The position numbers and the translations under genes are program-made. Shown here one piece after another: positions 58,376-64,000 of a DNA stretch of 64,000 nucleotides. Position 1 is the stretch's first letter; the number at the start of each line of letters is the position of its first letter. The stretch comes from Acidobacteriota bacterium (GTDB taxonomy: Bacteria; Acidobacteriota; UBA6911), in assembly GCA_963664705.1 (NCBI GenBank), contig OY761556.1, positions 1,376,001-1,440,000 of the forward strand, written 5' to 3'. The notes under the pieces are model-generated. The model was not told where the DNA came from and did no database searches. It saw nothing but the letters and a program-made list of their open reading frames with translations.

Positions 58376-60544
58376 TCACTTGACGCTCTCGACTGAAACC
58401 AAATCCAATAATTCGATTATCTTTGTTGTCATCGGCGCAAGAGTTGCGAACTGCCTGCGGGCTTCATCTCTCTTGCCCTCGTGCCATGCATCCACGATCT
58501 GGCCGATCAGCGCATGGAAGCGCTGATGTTCCGTGCCGAGTTGAACAAATGCCGGCAGATTCGCAAACTGGGCTTTTCCTTCGCCATCATACCATTTGCC
58601 GAGACCGCAGCCGTGATGGTCCACAACCTCGGATCGACTAATGCTCAGCCGGTCATCCAGCAAATCTATGATCCGGTGCTTCCATTGCAGGTGAGCTTTT
58701 TTGATGGCGGAAAAATCGGCTTTTTGGCCCAGTTGAAATTTGGCGGTTAATCTCTTCAATCCTTCCGACAATCCAATCAATTCCCCCGCATTTTCCATGA
58801 CATAAAGGCTTTCGCGGTCGATCATTTTGCCTTCAAGATTCACGGTGGCAATGTCTGCGGCGATGGATTTGGATGCTTCGGCTGCCTGGGCAACCAATTC
58901 GCTGGCGGTGCGGATATTGGATGAAGCTTCCGAGATATTCTGTGCCACATCCTTGGTAACCGCGGATTGTTCCTCGATGGCGCCGGCAATGCCGGTAACC
59001 ATCTCTCCGACATCCCGGAATACATTGGCAATTTCCCCGATGTCATCGATGGCCCGCGAAGCGGACTCCTGGACGCCGGACACCTTGGTCTTAATGTCTA
59101 CGGTCGCCGTGGCGGTTTGACTGGCCAGTTCTTTAATCTCATTGGCAACAACCGCAAACCCTTTGCCGGCGTCGCCGGCGCGTGCGGCTTCGATCGTTGC
59201 ATTCAGGGCGAGCAGATTCGTTTGGGCGGAAATATTGGCGATGGTTTCCGTGACTTTGCCAATGGCCTTCGCTGCCTGCCCAAGTTCCTGGACAACCGCG
59301 GATACCGCATTGGCCCGAGCCATGGCATTTTCGCCCACGGACCGTGCCCTGGAGGCATTGCCTGCAATTTCACCCACGGTACTGCTGAGTTCTTCGGTCG
59401 CTGCCGCCACCGAATCGAGACTGTGGGAAGCGAGATCGGTATTGGAGGCTACCGAGCTGCTGGAAACGCTGGATTCCTCCGCGGCTGCGGCCACGCTTTC
59501 CGTCCGTTCCGCACTCTTGCCGGCGCTTTGCGTAAGCCGTTTCGATGTAGCCTGCAATCCATCGGATACGGCACCAAGCGTGCCTGTGCTATTAAGGACC
59601 TCGATGAGCGATATCCGGAGAGAATTGATCAGGCTGCGCAAAATCCCGGCCAGCTGGCCGATTTCATCCTTGCGTTCCACAAGGTGCTCGGGAATGGCGC
59701 GGGTAAGATCTCCCTTGGAGACCGCGATCGACTGTTCGCAAAGTGTGGCTACGGGACGCCCGATGAGCACCCTGGAAAGAAATACGAAAGCGCCCGCGGT
59801 CAGGAGCAGCAAGGGCAGGGTCCACGCCAGGCCCTTCCACAGGAAAGCCGACACTTGAGCGTCAACCGGCGCCATTGGCATGACAACGTGATAGGCTCCA
59901 TGCATATCGCCGGGCTTCCACCCTTCCATGGAGTAGCCGGTCAGATCTTTGCCATTCTTGTTTACATCATACCGGCTTCCCGGTGCACCATGACACATCA
60001 TGCAGGCTTCGGTCAGTCGAATGGCGCGCAGGACATGCAGAGAGTTATCGGCAGTGTTGATCTCCGAGATAATGCCGTCGCCTCCCTGAGCAACCTGATC
60101 GGTCAGCCGGGTTAACAGCTTTGCGTCAAATGAACCGCTTTGCGGCTCATGATCCTTGTTGCGGGAATTGAAGGAAGTGATTCGGAATTCGATTTGTTCT
60201 CTTTTAGCCGCGTTTTGAGCCGACGTCCATCCGACTACAACCGGCACGGTCTGGAAAAACCTGGTCTGATTGGCTGATTTCCCCGCGCTCAGGTCAGCTT
60301 TGATTTCAGCCGTTAATTGCTTGGTGTCGAATGCACCGCTCGAGTGCAGGAGGCTCGCATGGTTCTTGGCCTCATCGGCGACGGCGCTGAATGCCTTCGC
60401 TTTCTCGACCATGGCGGTTTGCGCGCTTGCGCGATGCCCACTCACGAAGGTGAGATAATTTACCAGGATAACCAGGAAAATAGCCAACAATGCAAGAGCA
60501 ACCAGTTTCGTGACAAGAGAAAGTCTGCTAATCCATTTCATCAT
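58376..60544 (-). CDS. Methyl-accepting chemotaxis protein with heme-c (DUF3365/Tll0287-like) sensor and C-terminal CZB domain
   Basis: CMMCH between two TMs, HAMP DEIGQL, QTNLLALNATIEAARAG, H.QW...HHGCGLGKWY...H..FH. Confidence 0.9.
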   Translation of the reverse strand: MMKWISRLSLVTKLVALALLAIFLVILVNYLTFVSGHRASAQTAMVEKAKAFSAVADEAKNHASLLHSSGAFDTKQLTAEIKADLSAGKSANQTRFFQTVPVVVGWTSAQNAAKREQIEFRITSFNSRNKDHEPQSGSFDAKLLTRLTDQVAQGGDGIISEINTADNSLHVLRAIRLTEACMMCHGAPGSRYDVNKNGKDLTGYSMEGWKPGDMHGAYHVVMPMAPVDAQVSAFLWKGLAWTLPLLLLTAGAFVFLSRVLIGRPVATLCEQSIAVSKGDLTRAIPEHLVERKDEIGQLAGILRSLINSLRISLIEVLNSTGTLGAVSDGLQATSKRLTQSAGKSAERTESVAAAAEESSVSSSSVASNTDLASHSLDSVAAATEELSSTVGEIAGNASRARSVGENAMARANAVSAVVQELGQAAKAIGKVTETIANISAQTNLLALNATIEAARAGDAGKGFAVVANEIKELASQTATATVDIKTKVSGVQESASRAIDDIGEIANVFRDVGEMVTGIAGAIEEQSAVTKDVAQNISEASSNIRTASELVAQAAEASKSIAADIATVNLEGKMIDRESLYVMENAGELIGLSEGLKRLTAKFQLGQKADFSAIKKAHLQWKHRIIDLLDDRLSISRSEVVDHHGCGLGKWYDGEGKAQFANLPAFVQLGTEHQRFHALIGQIVDAWHEGKRDEARRQFATLAPMTTKIIELLDLVSVESVK

Positions 60545-60730
60545 TTTTGATATCCTCTGCACTTCCGCATTTCGGGAGACGATATCGGGTGGTGTGCGGC
60601 GATCGTGCTTTCCAGCATATCGGCAGGGATTGCAGGCCGGAATACACATGAATTTTGGATAGCATCCTAGGTTGCTCCCGGCACGGTATACGGCATTTTC
60701 TTTCGCCGGCATTCATGATAAAGGTAACCT

Positions 60731-62407
60731 GTGGATACGCATGCGATTCCTTTTCGAGATCTTGCTTATGTCATCATCGCGGCCATCACGGGCGGACTGG
60801 TCGCCTGGCGCCTGCGCCAGCCGGTCATCATCGGCTATGTTCTGGCCGGGATTCTGATCAGCCCGCTGACGCCGGGGCCGTCGGTCAGCGATACCCATTC
60901 GCTGGAGCTTTTCGCCGAGATCGGCGTGGTCCTCCTGATGTTTTCCGTCGGGCTGGAGTTTTCGCTGCGGGAACTGCTGAAGGCCAAATGGGTCGCGTTC
61001 ATCGGCGGGCCGCTGGGCATCGGCCTCTCCATTCTGCTGGGGTTGGGCGCGGGTCGTCTGCTCGGGTGGACGCCGCCGCAGGGGATTGTGCTGGGCGCGA
61101 TTATCAGCGTCGCGAGCACGATGGTGTTGACTCGTCTGCTGATCGACCAGGGGCAGCTGCGGACCACTGCCGGCCGGATCATGGTGGCGATTACCCTGGT
61201 CGAGGATTTTGCGGTCGTTATCCTGATTGTATTGATCCCCGGATTTGCCAACCTGGAGAAGGGAAAGATTCTCTTCCTGGCCAAGGACTTCGGGCGCGCC
61301 ATCCTGATCCTCGTGCCGGTTCTGTTTCTTGCGGCAAAAATCGTCGCTCCCATTTTGAAGAAGGTGGCGCGCACGCAAAGCCGCGAATTGTTTTTTCTCG
61401 TCGTGCTCGCGATCTGCCTGGGTACGGCGGCGCTCACCGGGGCTATCGGCCTTTCCCTCGCACTCGGGGCTTTCGCCGCGGGGCTGATCATCAGCGAATC
61501 GGAATACGCGCACGAGGCGATCGCGCAGCTCTTCCCGCTGCGTGATGCATTCGTGGCCGTGTTTTTCGTGAGCATGGGGCTGCTGATCGATCCGTGGAAA
61601 CTGTTTTCCAACGGGACGCTCCTCGCGGTGATGGTCGGCCTGATTATTTTCGGGAAATTTCTCATCTGGACCGGCGTGGTCTCCGCCTTTCGCTACCCGC
61701 TGTGGACTTCCATTCCCGTGGCCGTAGGGTTGACGCAGATCGGGGAGTTCTCCTTTGTCCTGGTGCAGGTCGCCCGGAAGGCCGGGATCATAGGAAGTGA
61801 GTTGTACAACACGACCCTGGCCGCCTCGCTGATCACCATTCTGCTGAATTCGGCGCTGGTGCGCCATCTGCCACATGCGCTGGATCGGATACGCCTGGCC
61901 CGCAGGATGGCCTCTTTGCCGCAGAAGGATGAAAGGACGGAAGGCCTGCGCGGCCACGTCATCATCAGTGGATTCGGGCGCGTGGGGAGCGCGATCGGCT
62001 ATGCGCTGGATAAGTTCGATGTCCGCTATCTCGCGGTGGAGCTCAATCCGGATGTGCTCGCGACAATCCAGTCCAACGGAACAGCTGCGATCTTCGGGGA
62101 TTGCTCACACGGGCATATTCTGGAACAGGCCGGCCTGCGGGAGGCCGCGCTGCTGATCGTAACGGTTCCGGACCTGGATCGCGGACGGCTGACCATCGCG
62201 AATGCGCGCAAGCTGAATCCGGACCTGCCGATCATGGCCAGGGCCCATCGCCAGGAGGATTATCGGCTGCTGATGGAGGCAGGGGCGACGGAAGTAATCC
62301 GACCTGAAATAGAGGCGTCCGCGACCTTCATCCGGCACGCGTGCGGCCATTTCCTGAGCCTGCCCGATGCGCAGATCCGCGATTATCTGCGCACCTTCCG
62401 AAGCTGA
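60731..62407 (+). CDS. CPA2 cation:proton antiporter with TrkA-N domain (Kef/YbaL-like)
   Basis: AEIGVVLLMF.VGLEFS, LGAFAAG, QIGEFSFVL, GFGRVG. Confidence 0.92.
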   Translation: MDTHAIPFRDLAYVIIAAITGGLVAWRLRQPVIIGYVLAGILISPLTPGPSVSDTHSLELFAEIGVVLLMFSVGLEFSLRELLKAKWVAFIGGPLGIGLSILLGLGAGRLLGWTPPQGIVLGAIISVASTMVLTRLLIDQGQLRTTAGRIMVAITLVEDFAVVILIVLIPGFANLEKGKILFLAKDFGRAILILVPVLFLAAKIVAPILKKVARTQSRELFFLVVLAICLGTAALTGAIGLSLALGAFAAGLIISESEYAHEAIAQLFPLRDAFVAVFFVSMGLLIDPWKLFSNGTLLAVMVGLIIFGKFLIWTGVVSAFRYPLWTSIPVAVGLTQIGEFSFVLVQVARKAGIIGSELYNTTLAASLITILLNSALVRHLPHALDRIRLARRMASLPQKDERTEGLRGHVIISGFGRVGSAIGYALDKFDVRYLAVELNPDVLATIQSNGTAAIFGDCSHGHILEQAGLREAALLIVTVPDLDRGRLTIANARKLNPDLPIMARAHRQEDYRLLMEAGATEVIRPEIEASATFIRHACGHFLSLPDAQIRDYLRTFRS

Positions 62408-62458
62408 CACCGGGCGCCGGCGAGGCGCCTAATGCCATTTGCTCTTTTTTAAAGGCCT

Positions 62459-62518
62459 TTCTTTCGCCCCTTCAGCAGCCCGCCCACCGGTGGGCGGGCT
62501 GCTGAAGGGGCGAAAGAA
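62459..62518. repeat. Perfect 60 bp palindrome with REP-flank ends
   Basis: ttctttcgccccttcagcagcccgcccacc|ggtgggcgggctgctgaaggggcgaaagaa. Confidence 0.9.
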
Positions 62519-62654
62519 CGGCAATAGTAAATAGCATTAGACATCCCGCGGCGAGGGCGCGGCTGCTTCCATGGCGCTTCTGGTATAGCGCTGGCCGGCG
62601 TGTTTATATTAGAATCGTCTAAAATCATCACTATACAAACCGTGGAGGTTGCCG

Positions 62655-63431
62655 ATGGCTGTTTCCGCGCTGGACTACGTTGTTTTTCGTGAACTGGCTA
62701 AAGCGAATGCCATTCCTTCTCAGCCGGATGTGCTGGAACTCGGCGAAGCCAACTGGTACGGAGATGTGGAAGTCGGCCGGCTGGTCGGGGACATCCAGGA
62801 GCGCTGCAGCGCGGAGCGGCAAAAGGAACTGCTGCAGGAACTCGAGAGACTCTATTCGAATCTCTCCGCGCAGTATGTCCACTTTGATATCGCAAAGGTG
62901 TTTTATAAAACTTTTCTGGATTACCGCAGCATTACCGCCATCGATTTCCACGGCACTCCCAGCGCGCTTCGCTACGATCTCAATGCGCCCATTGCGATGG
63001 ATCGGCAGTTCCACGTGGTCATCAATACCGGGACGGCCGAACATGTGTTCAATGTCTGCCAGTTTATGAAAACGGCGCATGAATGCACGTGCCCGGGCGG
63101 ACTGATGGTCCACGCGTTCCCGTTCATGGGCTGGCTCGATCACGGATTCTATAATTTCAACCCAACCATGATCGCGGACCTTGTCGCCGCGAATAAGTAC
63201 GTGATGATGCTTTGGGCCTACGGCGAGATCCAGCCTTTCCGCATCGTGCAGCTGCAGAATATCGAGCAGATTCATGAGATGAAGAAGAAGGGGGAGCTGC
63301 GCGAAAATTCCATTCTCTATGTGGTGCTGCGGAAGCCCCAGGACGAGAAGCCTTTCGTTCTGCCCATGCAGGGGTATTATTCCGGCAACCTGTCGGAGAC
63401 CGCGGCCGAGGATTGGCAAAAGCTCCGATAG
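62655..63431 (+). CDS. SAM-dependent methyltransferase-like protein
   Basis: VLELG, YDLN, NTGTAEHVFN, PGGLMVH, DHGFYNF. Confidence 0.75.
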   Translation: MAVSALDYVVFRELAKANAIPSQPDVLELGEANWYGDVEVGRLVGDIQERCSAERQKELLQELERLYSNLSAQYVHFDIAKVFYKTFLDYRSITAIDFHGTPSALRYDLNAPIAMDRQFHVVINTGTAEHVFNVCQFMKTAHECTCPGGLMVHAFPFMGWLDHGFYNFNPTMIADLVAANKYVMMLWAYGEIQPFRIVQLQNIEQIHEMKKKGELRENSILYVVLRKPQDEKPFVLPMQGYYSGNLSETAAEDWQKLR

Positions 63432-63494
63432 CTCGCTGCAAGCCCCGGCATCTCGCCGACAAGAGCAAAATTGCATCCACCACAGCCGTTGCCT

Positions 63495-63817
63495 TACATT
63501 CTTTGCCCGAGGAACCAGGAAGCGCGATGCATCTTAGCCCCAGGGGCGGCCAGACAGCCTCGCCGGTGGCCGCCCAATGCCGTATAGATCATGAGTTCAA
63601 ATCCCAAAATCAGCGATTTTGCATCTATAAGTTTTTGAAAACATCTGACCTGATATTTGCGGAATCGATTTTTTTGCATGCTGCATATGTTTGTTCTGAG
63701 TGCTGTAACGCGAGTGAATCAACAGGCCCGGAGGGCTGAAAGAACGTAGCCGGGGGTGAAGCGAAGCGAACCCCCGGATAGCATGAAAGTAAAAGGAACC
63801 CCGGAGGGGTGAAAGAT
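63495..63817. repeat. 46 bp subunit plus GTAG-REP next to the transposase
   Basis: Subunit about 63495-63545; REP at 63746 nearly identical to the 49316 copy including spacer atagcatgaaagtaaaa. Confidence 0.85.
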
Positions 63818-63826
63818 CCATGGCAA

Positions 63827-64000
63827 TTACCATAGATACCTTTCGTCAAACTCGACTCCATTTTCCCGCAGCAGCTCAATGTACTCTTCTTGAAATGTTT
63901 TAAGTCGATGGTGTTCCTTTTGCCGCGCTATGTAGGATCTTAGTGGGTCCAACCCTAAACGACTGACAGAATAGGCGCCATAGCCGTCTTGCCACTCAAA
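63827..64000 (-). mobile_element. tnpA: C-terminus of an IS200-like / REP-associated tyrosine (Y1) transposase
   Basis: Not in ORF track. Hand translation: FEWQDGYGAYSVSRLGLDPLRSYIARQKEHHRLKTFQEEYIELLRENGVEFDERYLW*, with WQ.GY and catalytic YI..Q. Confidence 0.9.

Overview
Bacterial chromosomal window, probably Acidobacteriota (inferred from the VWA-type, RHH-type and FPQxADGGGY-domain proteins). About 6-39 kb is a mostly minus-strand Wzx/Wzy exopolysaccharide locus (wza, wzc, wzx, glycosyltransferases, wcaF-like, wecA-like, gmd, fcl). Embedded in it is a radical-SAM RiPP-like cassette: precursor, PqqD/RRE, rSAM-SPASM, HPr-kinase-like protein, S24/S26 peptidase, nucleotidyltransferase and ABC exporter. 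The flanks carry NarL-type regulators, HicAB and BrnTA toxin-antitoxin pairs, a PEP-CTERM protein, tRNA-Arg(CCG), msrP with an msrQ-FNR-ferredoxin fusion, a heme-c/CZB chemoreceptor and a Kef-type antiporter. Two non-coding repeat systems stand out. (1) About 23 degenerate 6-8 nt ACGT-core tandem tracts show strand polarity relative to genes, supply stop codons, invade one ORF in frame, and begin next to a four-helix-bundle (IVP/Avd-like) gene. (2) GTAG-type REP/REPIN elements include a nested variable-number tandem array, with an IS200-like/RAYT transposase truncated at the right edge. All calls come from motif reading only; no searches were run.
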